In this document: positions 52,092 through 60,733 of the stretch, piece by piece
Layout of the letters: the number at the start of each line of letters is the position of its first letter
Position numbering within the stretch: the first letter of the stretch is position 1
Source of the DNA: an uncultured Candidatus Saccharibacteria bacterium
GTDB lineage: Bacteria > Patescibacteriota > Saccharimonadia > Saccharimonadales > AWTP1-31
Length of the DNA stretch: 64,000 nt
Assembly: GCA_964409615.1 (NCBI GenBank)
Contig: CAYPDT010000001.1
Coordinates: 435,880-499,879, forward strand
Direction: 5' to 3'
Translations under genes and position numbers: made by a program
Notes under the pieces: model-generated
The model's input: only the letters and a program-made list of their open reading frames with translations
What the model was told of the DNA's origin: nothing
The model's database searches: none

Positions 52092-52724
52092 CTACTTCAG
52101 ATTATCTTTAATAGCATCGGCCAGTACTTTGGTTTGTTCTAGTGTGGCCTTAGTGACGCTGGTGCCTGTGTAATGGCTGATGATATACCAGTTATTACCG
52201 GCCAACACATTTAGTTGTCCGGTAGAGGGATTGAAATATGCCTTACTTCCATAACCGGTGACATCCTGCACTCCGGCCGGCTTTGCGCTGGTGAATGGAG
52301 TTTGGTTTGATGCAGCTCCAGCTTTGTTCTTGGCAGCACGAACTAATAGCCCAACCGTTTCGATGCTAGCTAGCTGGTCTTTAACCGATCCGGTTGTCAC
52401 AGATTTATGCGTGTAAATACAGTTGCTTACCGAAATGTCATCTGTCGAAGCAGTACCGGCCGAGGTATCACCTTTTTCTGCACCGTCACCCAAGACTTTT
52501 TTTGCAACACCAGCCGATAAAACATCACAGGCATCCACGGCCACCATAGCGTCATTGCCAGTTTTAATGTTTGAGGTATCAATTGCCGACGAAGATGGGT
52601 CTTTCTTGGTCAATACTATGCCTATGCCAGCACCCACGATGACTACTCCAGAAACAATAGCAATTATTAGCTTATTCACTCCGACTCCTTTAGCCTTAAT
52701 GTTACTTATGGAAATATTGTACAC
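52092..52724 (-). CDS. TM-anchored hypothetical protein, paralogous to the C-terminal domain of 1229..3916 (210 aa)
   Basis: The GVNKLIIAIVSGVVIVGAGIGIV anchor and the shared pattern (A)CD......L ... VS.C.(F/Y) ... K.A.AAS also occur in residues ~700-895 of the DUF11 protein. Confidence 0.6.
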   Translation of the reverse strand: MYNISISNIKAKGVGVNKLIIAIVSGVVIVGAGIGIVLTKKDPSSSAIDTSNIKTGNDAMVAVDACDVLSAGVAKKVLGDGAEKGDTSAGTASTDDISVSNCIYTHKSVTTGSVKDQLASIETVGLLVRAAKNKAGAASNQTPFTSAKPAGVQDVTGYGSKAYFNPSTGQLNVLAGNNWYIISHYTGTSVTKATLEQTKVLADAIKDNLK

Positions 52725-52771
52725 CCCTTGTTAACCAGCGATGTGTGCAGATAACTAAGCCGCTTGTGATG

Positions 52772-53071
52772 TTATAAAGCGCCGACTAACTCTCTTTGGG
52801 TGTATGCAGCGTTCATGCGGGGAGTATAGTGTGCATAATTTGCCCGTGATGACACAGTTGGCGCACTTCGGCGCACTTGCCTTTGTGGTAAAACTAACTT
52901 TGAAGCTCTTGCCTGGCTGACCGTTTTAAATTTTGGAGCTTCTGTTTTTACGACCGCATGAGCTTTTGGACTAAAGACGCTCAGAATAGACTTGCCGTAA
53001 TGTATACCAACTTCGATTGGGTCATCTGCAAGCGTTTCGTAGGTGAGGTTCAGATTTGCGAGTAAACTCAT
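52772..53071 (-). CDS. Hypothetical protein (99 aa)
   Basis: ORF track only; basic C-terminal half. Confidence 0.4.
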   Translation of the reverse strand: MSLLANLNLTYETLADDPIEVGIHYGKSILSVFSPKAHAVVKTEAPKFKTVSQARASKLVLPQRQVRRSAPTVSSRANYAHYTPRMNAAYTQRELVGAL

Positions 53072-53143
53072 ATTTTTGTTTTTTTCTGTACCCTTTTATT
53101 ATACCGCTTATGTCAAACATAGGCATGCGCTCGGGTTAGGAGC

Positions 53144-54109
53144 CTATTTTTTATCGGTAGTCTTGGGTGGCAGATAAAATTGACGTTCTTTTCGGTAGCT
53201 ATTCTGCAGCAATTGATTTCGGATTAGTTTAATAACAACTAGAACTAGTAGCACTGCACTAGTAATCATAACCATTATCGAAGACCATGTAGCAGCTTGG
53301 CCGCCAAGTCTAAAACTGCCCTGCATGACAACAGTAGTCATGAATACTGCACCTAGAATAAGTTTGCCAACTGTTCCTAACTTTTGTCTTTGTAACCGCC
53401 CTGTCGACGAAGTGTTTGCGGCGCTACCAGATAGAGCCAATTTTCGTGGGCTATTATCATCAATACCCTCGGCAAGCTTGACGGCTAGTTGGTAAAACGA
53501 TTCTAATTGTTCAACTTTCCGTAGGTAACTATATTCATAGAGGTACAAAATATCGTTTTCAACCTCCATATCGTAGTAGCCATAATTGGCCATGATTATG
53601 CGCATGACGTCTGGTGCAAACAGTGATAAGGTGGTAATTTGCTGCCCACCAGGGAAATAAATGTCGAAGTACTGCCCAAAATCACCTTCGGCCGTATAAC
53701 GCTGGCTAACATCTAACCCATTATTTTCTTGCATGTCGTTCAACTTAGAGTTCACAAACACGTGGGCTCCTGTACCCTTAAGAGAAATCGCTGCTACGGT
53801 TCGGGCATAGGTCCGCTTATTTTTACCACTACCTTCGGTATGTGTCAGAAAGAATAATGCGACATTCTTACCGACGCTCTTGTCAGTGCCGTATGTCTTA
53901 TAGCTCATCATGCCCTGCAACACACCGGTATAGCCAGTTCGACTCGTGGGTTCAAACGTTAGCCCATGCTGTGCCGCAAAGGCGATGAAGCCCTTATCTT
54001 GGCCGTTAAACCAACGAAATATGAGCCAAATAATCACACTCACAAAAGCAATAAAACTTACCGCATTGGCTAATAACTGAAGGCTAGAAACGTTATCCAT
54101 ATTTAGCAT
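53144..54109 (-). CDS. Hypothetical membrane protein (321 aa)
   Basis: N-terminal TM helix, a ~200-aa soluble middle region, and two C-terminal TM helices. The start (54109 or 54100) is ambiguous. Confidence 0.55.
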   Translation of the reverse strand: MLNMDNVSSLQLLANAVSFIAFVSVIIWLIFRWFNGQDKGFIAFAAQHGLTFEPTSRTGYTGVLQGMMSYKTYGTDKSVGKNVALFFLTHTEGSGKNKRTYARTVAAISLKGTGAHVFVNSKLNDMQENNGLDVSQRYTAEGDFGQYFDIYFPGGQQITTLSLFAPDVMRIIMANYGYYDMEVENDILYLYEYSYLRKVEQLESFYQLAVKLAEGIDDNSPRKLALSGSAANTSSTGRLQRQKLGTVGKLILGAVFMTTVVMQGSFRLGGQAATWSSIMVMITSAVLLVLVVIKLIRNQLLQNSYRKERQFYLPPKTTDKK

Positions 54110-54123
54110 AAGTATAACAATGT

Positions 54124-54152
54124 TTGACTTACAAAAGGCTACATTTTATAGT
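54124..54152 (+). promoter_or_regulatory. Promoter TTGACT-17-TATAGT, 7 nt upstream of ATG 54160
   Basis: Near-consensus hexamers with optimal spacing; no SD. Confidence 0.65.
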
Positions 54153-54159
54153 TCCGAAC

Positions 54160-54834
54160 ATGCCCGGAGACCGCAAACGCTTTGCTCGTGCCACTAAGCA
54201 ATGGCACACAATGCTCGAGGATCAGAACTTTAGTGCGTCATCAGACACTGGTATAATTGCTGTGCTTTGTTCCTATTACTCAGATGAGCGTGCTGACCAT
54301 GATGGTCGGGAGATGCCCGAAGATACACTCGCAATTCGGGCTGTGGCCGAGCAGCTTGCCCAACGAATCACCGAACACGGACGGGTAGCTGAACTAGTGC
54401 TAAATGCATCTCGCGATGACATCACAGCCGCACTACAAGACCGTGCGGTTAGCGATATGCATCTTGTTGGACACGGCTGCTTATCGGCCATCGACTTAAT
54501 ATCTGTTACCGACGATGGAGTTGAAGAAGCATACTACGATTGGGAAGACATAGTTGCAAACGTAACTCACTTAAAACGGGGGCTTTTTGTGCAGCGAACT
54601 TGTGGTGTCTACGCACGACCGTTTTCGGTCCCACTGGGTTTATTTGCAACTATTTCTCCTGCTAACGTGTACGTACCAGCCGGCCACGAAATTGAGGCCT
54701 ACGACATAGACCATCCCATCTATGAGTTATTACAACCCTTGAGTGATGGCGAAGAACTCACTTACAGCTATATCAAATCAGTATTCTACGACGCTGAGCA
54801 GTTGGCTCAATTTTCAAATTACCAAAATACTTAG
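54160..54834 (+). CDS. Hypothetical cytoplasmic protein (224 aa from ATG 54160)
   Basis: A textbook TTGACT-17-TATAGT promoter ends 7 nt before ATG 54160. HLVGHGC ... LFVQRTCG weakly recalls a caspase/CHAT-type His...Cys dyad (low confidence). Confidence 0.6.
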   Translation: MPGDRKRFARATKQWHTMLEDQNFSASSDTGIIAVLCSYYSDERADHDGREMPEDTLAIRAVAEQLAQRITEHGRVAELVLNASRDDITAALQDRAVSDMHLVGHGCLSAIDLISVTDDGVEEAYYDWEDIVANVTHLKRGLFVQRTCGVYARPFSVPLGLFATISPANVYVPAGHEIEAYDIDHPIYELLQPLSDGEELTYSYIKSVFYDAEQLAQFSNYQNT

Positions 54835-54844
54835 TACTGGCGAA

Positions 54845-56170
54845 CTATGGTGCTAAGCGGTTGATGTCTCGTGGGAAGAGGGTTGCCTCTTTTACATTAG
54901 CCAGGCCAATGGTTTTCATTACAAAGCGATCCACACCAAAGCCGCAACCACCATGCACAGGCAAGCCATATTTAAATGCTTGCAGGTATGCTTTAAAGCC
55001 TTCGTGTGTAACATCTAAGCCAGCTTTGGTCATCTGTTCTATCATCTTTTCGTAGTTGTTCTCGCGGAGTGGCACAGTTGAAAGTTCAACTCCACGGAAT
55101 ATTAAATCGCCCCACAACACGGTGCCGTCTTCGACATCCAGTTTGTGATAGAACTTACCAGCCGCCAAAGGAAAGCGCACTGCGTATACAAGATCACTGC
55201 CTAGTTGCTTGCGTGCATGTTCAGCAATCCAACGCTCTTCATCTGGTGTTAAGTCTTTCTCGTCGGTAACTTCGGTTTTGGTCGCCTTGGTATACATTTC
55301 GTGAATTTCTGCAATCGTAAAGCGGGGCACCTTGCCGTCTTCAGGTAGCTTTAATTCTGGCGCGTTCAGCGACTTCAGGTCGTCAGCAAATTCTTCGTAC
55401 ACTTTTCGTAGAGCATACTGCGTCATATCAGCAACCATGTCGAGCACTTCGTCATGGTCTTTTACAAAACCCATTTCAAGGTCGAGCATCGTCAGTTCAG
55501 TCAGGTGGCGCGTAGTTGCGCTTGGCTCAGCTCGATAACTATGGCCAATTTCGAAAACACGTTCGAATGCACCGACCATAATTTGCTTAAAGAACTGGGG
55601 GCTCTGGGCCAAGGTAGCTGTCTTGCCAAAATAGTCCAGCTCGAATACTTCGGCACCACCTTCAGTGGCTTCAGCTAGAAGTTTTGGTGTATCAATTTCG
55701 ATGAATTCGTTCTGATGTAAAAAGTCCCGTAAATGGCGCGTTAAACCCGATCGGATTTTAAAGATTTTCTGCTCTTGAATGTTACGTAGGTTAAGTGGAC
55801 GAAGCTCTGGGTCGAATAGCGTATCAAGGTGTTCGCTTTTATGACTTATAGGCTTGTCAATCTCGATTGGTGGCTCTTCGGTAACCGGCACTATAACGGT
55901 AATTGTCGGGTCGTGCAGCTCGGCTCCACCTGGAGCACGCTCATCAGGGAAAACGGTACCGGTAATCTCTACAACTGAGCCGATTTGCATACCACGAAGT
56001 TTTTCGACTTCTTCGCCTTTCTCTACTAATACTTGTGTCAGCCCGCTGCGATCACGGACGTTAATAAAGTTCAATCCACCCAGCAAACGCTTTTTGTGAA
56101 TCCACCCTTGTATAGTTATTTCTTTACTGCCATGACTGGCAACATCTCGTGCTAAAACTCTTTCTTTCAT
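54845..56170 (-). CDS. aspS: Aspartate--tRNA ligase, archaeal/type-2 (441 aa from ATG 56170)
   Basis: Class IIb motifs: FRAEPS-like YRAEPSATTRHLTE, GGCGFGVDRFVM and a C-terminal LFPRDINRLAP. The ORF-track start at 56284 would translate the palindromic element. Confidence 0.85.
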   Translation of the reverse strand: MKERVLARDVASHGSKEITIQGWIHKKRLLGGLNFINVRDRSGLTQVLVEKGEEVEKLRGMQIGSVVEITGTVFPDERAPGGAELHDPTITVIVPVTEEPPIEIDKPISHKSEHLDTLFDPELRPLNLRNIQEQKIFKIRSGLTRHLRDFLHQNEFIEIDTPKLLAEATEGGAEVFELDYFGKTATLAQSPQFFKQIMVGAFERVFEIGHSYRAEPSATTRHLTELTMLDLEMGFVKDHDEVLDMVADMTQYALRKVYEEFADDLKSLNAPELKLPEDGKVPRFTIAEIHEMYTKATKTEVTDEKDLTPDEERWIAEHARKQLGSDLVYAVRFPLAAGKFYHKLDVEDGTVLWGDLIFRGVELSTVPLRENNYEKMIEQMTKAGLDVTHEGFKAYLQAFKYGLPVHGGCGFGVDRFVMKTIGLANVKEATLFPRDINRLAP

Positions 56171-56178
56171 ATGTCTCC

Positions 56179-56187
56179 AGTGTATCA
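56179..56187 (-). promoter_or_regulatory. Extended -10 (TGaTACACT), 8 nt upstream of the aspS ATG 56170
   Basis: Read directly on the minus strand. Confidence 0.5.
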
Positions 56188-56219
56188 CCCGTAAGGTGTT
56201 TGTTAAACGCACCCGCTTG

Positions 56220-56281
56220 TCCAAGGTCCGACCTTGGAAAAAGGACAGTCTATCCAGCTGTTTCCAAGGTCGGACCTTGGA
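56220..56281. promoter_or_regulatory. Paired 19-bp palindromes, copy B (same units, 24-nt spacer); candidate operator upstream of aspS
   Basis: Units at 56220-56238 and 56263-56281. The spacer is homologous to copy A (..GTC.AT..CCA(A)GCTGTT). The flanks CACCCGCTTG / CAAGCAGCGGGTG extend the inverted repeat. Confidence 0.6.
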
Positions 56282-56434
56282 CAAGCAGCGGGTGGGTATA
56301 TTTTAGTTGGCTGAGGGAGGGTCGAGTACGTAGCAAAAGAACGCCGGCTTAGCTACCGACCCGAGAATTTCTATTAGAATTGCGGATTGCACGTACTATT
56401 ATCATATTAAGTAAATTATATCATGTAATCTGAA

Positions 56435-57493
56435 TTAGGCAATTTCGGGATTATCAACAACTGGCGCCTGCTCTTCGGGAACGTGAGTGTGAGCTTTCTT
56501 GTCTTTCTTAGCCTCTAATGCTGCCACTGCCCGGAGGTCTTCGTATTTATCGAACTCATCAACAATTTGCTTGCCCAGCACTTGTTCTAACACATCTTCA
56601 ATAGTGATAATGCCAACCACTTCTTCAAAACCATTTACTACAATAAACAGATGATGCTTAGTGCGCAAAAAGGCTTGCAAAGCATGCTGAAGTGGCTTTT
56701 CTTCGTTAACATAGAAGACCGATTTCTTCATGGTGTTCTTCACCGTGCCACCGGTTTTAGCCTTTACTAAATCGCGGATATACAAGGTGCCGATGATTTC
56801 ATCCGGTTCATCGCCAAGAACAGGAAAACGTGAAAAGCCGCTCTTGTGTAGCTCATCCATCAATAACGGGCCGATTGCTTCATCTGCCTTGACCATCTTT
56901 ACGACCCGTTTAGGCGTCATGATGTCGCGAATTAACTTGTCACTAAAACTAAGCGCGCTCTTTACGATACCTAGCTCATACGTAGACATGCGATTATCTG
57001 GTTGATGAGCCTGCTTGTCTAGTAATTCAACGAGGTCTTCTTTTTGATAAATACCACTGTGCACTGTTATGCGACTGTGCTTCTGGGCAAAAGCCCCAAT
57101 CTTGCTCAAAAGAGGATACAGGCGCTCAAGCACCCAAGCTAAACCTGGGGCAACAACTTTAGCCATTTTTTCGCTCCAGGTGGTAACACGACTATTTGGC
57201 AACCATGCAAACGCTACCCACAGTAAAGCAGCACAGCCAAACAGGGCCAGCCAAGCCGGCAAACTGGTAGTAAGAGCAACAAAAAATCCGGCCGAACTGA
57301 GGCCGATGATTAGCCACAGCACAATATCAAGGCTCACGCCATACGAGACAGCCCGGTGCAAGCCTCTAGCCATTTCATCACCTTTGGCGGCCCGACGTTT
57401 TAACTCTTTAACTGGTACTTTACTGTAAGTTTTTTGGATTGAGACACTGGCAACCGTCAGTACGGCGAGTACCAAAATTAGAAACGCTATCAT
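56435..57493 (-). CDS. CNNM/DUF21 plus CBS-pair domain protein (CorC/HlyC-family transporter-like, 352 aa from ATG 57493)
   Basis: Four N-terminal TM helices, IRDIMTPKRVV, a CBS pair, and IITIEDVLEQVLGKQIVDEFD. Confidence 0.8.
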   Translation of the reverse strand: MIAFLILVLAVLTVASVSIQKTYSKVPVKELKRRAAKGDEMARGLHRAVSYGVSLDIVLWLIIGLSSAGFFVALTTSLPAWLALFGCAALLWVAFAWLPNSRVTTWSEKMAKVVAPGLAWVLERLYPLLSKIGAFAQKHSRITVHSGIYQKEDLVELLDKQAHQPDNRMSTYELGIVKSALSFSDKLIRDIMTPKRVVKMVKADEAIGPLLMDELHKSGFSRFPVLGDEPDEIIGTLYIRDLVKAKTGGTVKNTMKKSVFYVNEEKPLQHALQAFLRTKHHLFIVVNGFEEVVGIITIEDVLEQVLGKQIVDEFDKYEDLRAVAALEAKKDKKAHTHVPEEQAPVVDNPEIA

Positions 57494-57516
57494 ACTAACT
57501 ATAGTACTATATAAGT

Positions 57517-58164
57517 ATGAGTAAGAGATTTTTGGTCGTTTTATTAGTGTGTGTTCTTGGGTTATTCGGCGTGTATGTCGCCACATCAAAAAAAGATTCT
57601 AAAGACAATGGCGGTAAAACCACCGGTGATACCTCTAAAGTCAGCAATCACGTCATTGGCGAAAACAGTAAAAAAGTAACACTCGTAGAATATGGCGATT
57701 TCCAGTGCCCAGCCTGCGGCCAGTATTACCCTATCGTTAAACAAGTTAAAGAAAAGTACGCTAAAGAAATTCAGTTCCAATTCCGAAACTTCCCACTTAG
57801 CCAGATTCACCAAAATGCCCGAGCATCGTCTCGTGCGGCTGAAGCTGCAGCCAAACAGAATAAATTCTGGGAAATGCACGACCTTTTGTACGACAACCAA
57901 AGCAGTTGGCAATCGAGTAGCAATACCGCACCAATTTTTGAGTCATATGCCTCACAACTCGGGCTTGATTTAGCAAAATATAAAACCGACTACGCCAGCA
58001 CTGAAGTCAACGATATTATCAACGCAGACTATGCAGAAGGTGCAAAACTCGGTGTTAACTCTACGCCAACATTCTTCCTGCAAGGTAAGAAATTAGAAAA
58101 GAACCCCCAGAACCTCGACGAGTTCAATAAACTTATCGAAGACGCCATCAAGAACGCAAAGTAA
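57517..58164 (+). CDS. DsbA-family thiol:disulfide oxidoreductase (215 aa)
   Basis: Signal/anchor sequence, then EYGDFQCPACGQYYP (CxxC) and STPTFFLQGKKL (cis-Pro loop region). Confidence 0.85.
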   Translation: MSKRFLVVLLVCVLGLFGVYVATSKKDSKDNGGKTTGDTSKVSNHVIGENSKKVTLVEYGDFQCPACGQYYPIVKQVKEKYAKEIQFQFRNFPLSQIHQNARASSRAAEAAAKQNKFWEMHDLLYDNQSSWQSSSNTAPIFESYASQLGLDLAKYKTDYASTEVNDIINADYAEGAKLGVNSTPTFFLQGKKLEKNPQNLDEFNKLIEDAIKNAK

Positions 58165-58167
58165 CAA

Positions 58168-59391
58168 CTACTTTTGACCTAGCTTGCTGAGCGTGTCGGC
58201 CCAGTTCATTCGCTGCTCAACAGCTGATTGCGTTGCTGCGTCTGCACGATGCGTTAGCTTGCCTGCACCACCCTGCCCAGCAACCACCGCATACTTCTTG
58301 GTGAGCGATATTTTTGTCAGACCATTCCGATTCGCAAGACTAAGGCAATCATCCTGATACTGCTTGCACTTGCTGGCAATATCCAGCCAACCTTGCACAT
58401 TCTTGTCGTACTTCACCGACATAGTCACGTCGATACTGGCACTGCGTTGTTCTTCTGGTTCTAGTTGATCAAAGATAAAGTTTCCGGTTGCATATACAAT
58501 CAGCCTCCCGTTATATACCTCGGTGTTTTGCACCCAGTGAGGATTATTAGCAATCACAAATTCTGGCCCTTGATCGGCGATGGCATGAGCAATTTCCTGC
58601 TGTATAGCATTAGCTGTTGGTTGGTATTCGGTTCCCATTTCAACGAATGCCAAAACTGGCATGACTTTTGCATATTGTTTCATCTGCTCAATTTCACCAG
58701 CAAGGGGCTTGCGGAAGAAATAATGCCATCCGCACATGGCTACCGGTAAGTTGGCCTTCGACTCTGCACTGCTTTGTTTTTGTATTCGTACAGGCAGCGT
58801 AATAACCTCACATATATCTTTAGCAACTCCCGGATCAAAGCTACCAAAATATTGGACGCCCGCTTCTGCTAAGTGCTGTCTTGTTTCGGCAAGGCCGACC
58901 GCACCACCTTGGTCACCAGTATGGTTATTGGCTAAATCGTAAACATCAAAGTACTTTTTTGCTTCAGATAAAAACTCTGGACGACAATTAAAAGTGAGTT
59001 GGCTCACCTGCACCGCAAACGGAACTATATTATTAGTAACCGGGCATTCAAAACTGGTTATCCAAGCGTCATAACTCTTGCGGTCAAAAGTATCCAGCTG
59101 ACTAAACGGATGTGCGTAGTCATAAGTACCATCCACACGGCGGCTATCGCGTTCGACAGCCCGCGCCCAAACAGTTGTACCATGGAACAAATAGTGACCC
59201 AAAACACTACTGGCCTGATTAACATTCTGCATCTTGGCAGCTTCTGGCGGTGTTGTGCCTTGCTGCGAGCTCCGATTGCGCAACCACATTGCGCCACTAA
59301 AACCGATAAGACCAATAAGTACTATGCAAGACAGGAACAGATACAACTTCTTGTGTCCGCGCTTCTTAGTGCCAATAGAGTAGTCAGCCAT
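58168..59391 (-). CDS. CapA/PGA_cap-family metallophosphatase-like protein (407 aa)
   Basis: N-terminal TM helix. DLANNHTGDQG, MCGWHYF and ANNPHWVQ are typical of CapA. Confidence 0.7.
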   Translation of the reverse strand: MADYSIGTKKRGHKKLYLFLSCIVLIGLIGFSGAMWLRNRSSQQGTTPPEAAKMQNVNQASSVLGHYLFHGTTVWARAVERDSRRVDGTYDYAHPFSQLDTFDRKSYDAWITSFECPVTNNIVPFAVQVSQLTFNCRPEFLSEAKKYFDVYDLANNHTGDQGGAVGLAETRQHLAEAGVQYFGSFDPGVAKDICEVITLPVRIQKQSSAESKANLPVAMCGWHYFFRKPLAGEIEQMKQYAKVMPVLAFVEMGTEYQPTANAIQQEIAHAIADQGPEFVIANNPHWVQNTEVYNGRLIVYATGNFIFDQLEPEEQRSASIDVTMSVKYDKNVQGWLDIASKCKQYQDDCLSLANRNGLTKISLTKKYAVVAGQGGAGKLTHRADAATQSAVEQRMNWADTLSKLGQK

Positions 59392-59429
59392 ATTACTAAT
59401 AAGTATGGCATACGTAGATTTATATCGAT

Positions 59430-60479
59430 TTAGAATCTAGGGTCACGGGGAGGCCAGCTGGAATCGGGGTACTCCTCAAAAGATTCATGACCAGCACCGT
59501 CGCTTGATTGCACTTCGATAAATCCTATAGATAAACCAAGGGCATCTAGAATTAACGATTGTAATTCAGCCGGGCCACCAAAGGTTCTTCGACCAAGCTC
59601 GAATCTCGATAACCTGCCGTCTCCGCAGCCGTTATTGAACTGCCGCCTGAGTGCAGCACCGTTTCGCATCATTTCATGAAGCTCAACACGTGCTAGTCGA
59701 TCATTATATGAAAGACCTCTCGTCCCAACGCTCACAACTTGCGAACGGCCGTCACCTTTAACTAATCCTTCTTGTGGACCAAATGGCTTACAGACATCCT
59801 TAATTTCAAAGTCGTCAAAAACCACAAAGTCAGGATTATCGACTGTTCTATTGCGAATATTGTTAACAACTCCAGTTCTAACATCAAGAGTGTTAATATC
59901 ACGAAGAGCCGTAGTAATGCCATCCATTGATGCTCCTGTATGACGACAAGCATCTAGGACCAGAACTCGGCCGTTAAACTTTTCGTCTTTCTGAACTGCT
60001 TCCAGGAATTGTGGAGTAAATCGGCCTGCAACCTGAGAACGACCGCCCATAAGCAAGTCAAAGCGGTAGTCTTTTCGACCCTGACTTCGCAGTTGTCGAT
60101 CTAAACGCGGGTTGAACGCAAGCTCACTAGCGAGTCGTCCGTAGCTGACCTCGCTCGTTTCTGCATAGTTTTGGATAGCACGAACATAATATTCATCTTC
60201 GTGGTGTACATCTGGGGATAAAAAGCCAGCTGGGTTTAAGAAGTAGATTGAAGGTCGAGTTTCATCAGGTGCTACTTCTTCAAACGCCGCCCGAATAGGA
60301 ATCTGAAGGTTTCGTACAGCGCGATCAACAAGTACCAACGTACCAATATCTTCTTGACGAAGATATTCAGCGACCCGATATCCCGCTTCGGCAATCATTG
60401 CACGTTCTTGGGGGTTGGTAAAATATTCGAATGGATACGGTTGACCACCATGGTGTTCACCGCCTGAAACGTAACTCAT
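59430..60479 (-). CDS. Hypothetical protein with PRTase-like core and C-terminal XRE-like HTH (349 aa from ATG 60479)
   Basis: RVLVLDACRHTGASMDG resembles a PRPP-binding loop. The C-terminal RLSRFELGRRTFGGPAELQSLILDALGLS resembles an XRE HTH. gTGgTATAAT lies 8 nt upstream of ATG 60479. Confidence 0.5.
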   Translation of the reverse strand: MSYVSGGEHHGGQPYPFEYFTNPQERAMIAEAGYRVAEYLRQEDIGTLVLVDRAVRNLQIPIRAAFEEVAPDETRPSIYFLNPAGFLSPDVHHEDEYYVRAIQNYAETSEVSYGRLASELAFNPRLDRQLRSQGRKDYRFDLLMGGRSQVAGRFTPQFLEAVQKDEKFNGRVLVLDACRHTGASMDGITTALRDINTLDVRTGVVNNIRNRTVDNPDFVVFDDFEIKDVCKPFGPQEGLVKGDGRSQVVSVGTRGLSYNDRLARVELHEMMRNGAALRRQFNNGCGDGRLSRFELGRRTFGGPAELQSLILDALGLSIGFIEVQSSDGAGHESFEEYPDSSWPPRDPRF

Positions 60480-60583
60480 AAACATGAATTATACCACATT
60501 TATTTAAATATAGCAATATATGATTAGCAAATCTCGCATGTTTGCCAAACATACCTAACAAGAGAACGGAGCAGTACTAGTAG

Positions 60584-60673
60584 CTAGTACTGCAAAAACT
60601 GCTGCCAGCTGGGGCGCTTTATTTTAACTTCCACTTTATAGCCTCGACTAATTGTTTTTACTTTGATTCCCAT
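60584..60673 (-). CDS. Candidate unlisted 29-aa basic peptide (MGIKVKTISRGYKVEVKIKRPSWQQFLQY)
   Basis: Below the ORF-track size cutoff. A strong SD (AAGAGGGGAA) lies 5 nt upstream of ATG 60673. The stop sits inside a perfect 10-bp hairpin (60571-60593). Confidence 0.3.
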   Translation of the reverse strand: MGIKVKTISRGYKVEVKIKRPSWQQFLQY

Positions 60674-60690
60674 AACTTCCCCTCTTTTGG

Positions 60691-60733
60691 GCCACAAAAA
60701 ACCGTCTCAAAATTTTGTGTGGCTATTTTTTTT
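60691..60733 (+). terminator. Rho-independent terminator inside the 420-bp intergenic region
   Basis: GCCACAAAAAA ... TTTTGTGTGGC (10 of 11 paired), followed by TA and eight T. There is no annotated + strand gene upstream. Confidence 0.6.

Noticed and set aside
40357-56281. A CRISPR array or CRISPR-like repeats
   Set aside because: There are only two units per locus, in inverted orientation with homologous spacers. No cas genes are present, and there is no regular repeat-spacer periodicity anywhere in the window.
56285-56434. A possible tRNA or small RNA in the 150-bp spacer upstream of aspS (GGGTCG...CGACCC nested hairpin)
   Set aside because: No cloverleaf is evident: there is no T-loop GTTCRANNC motif or acceptor/anticodon arrangement. 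The hairpin is weak, with a large loop and no flanking promoter or terminator.
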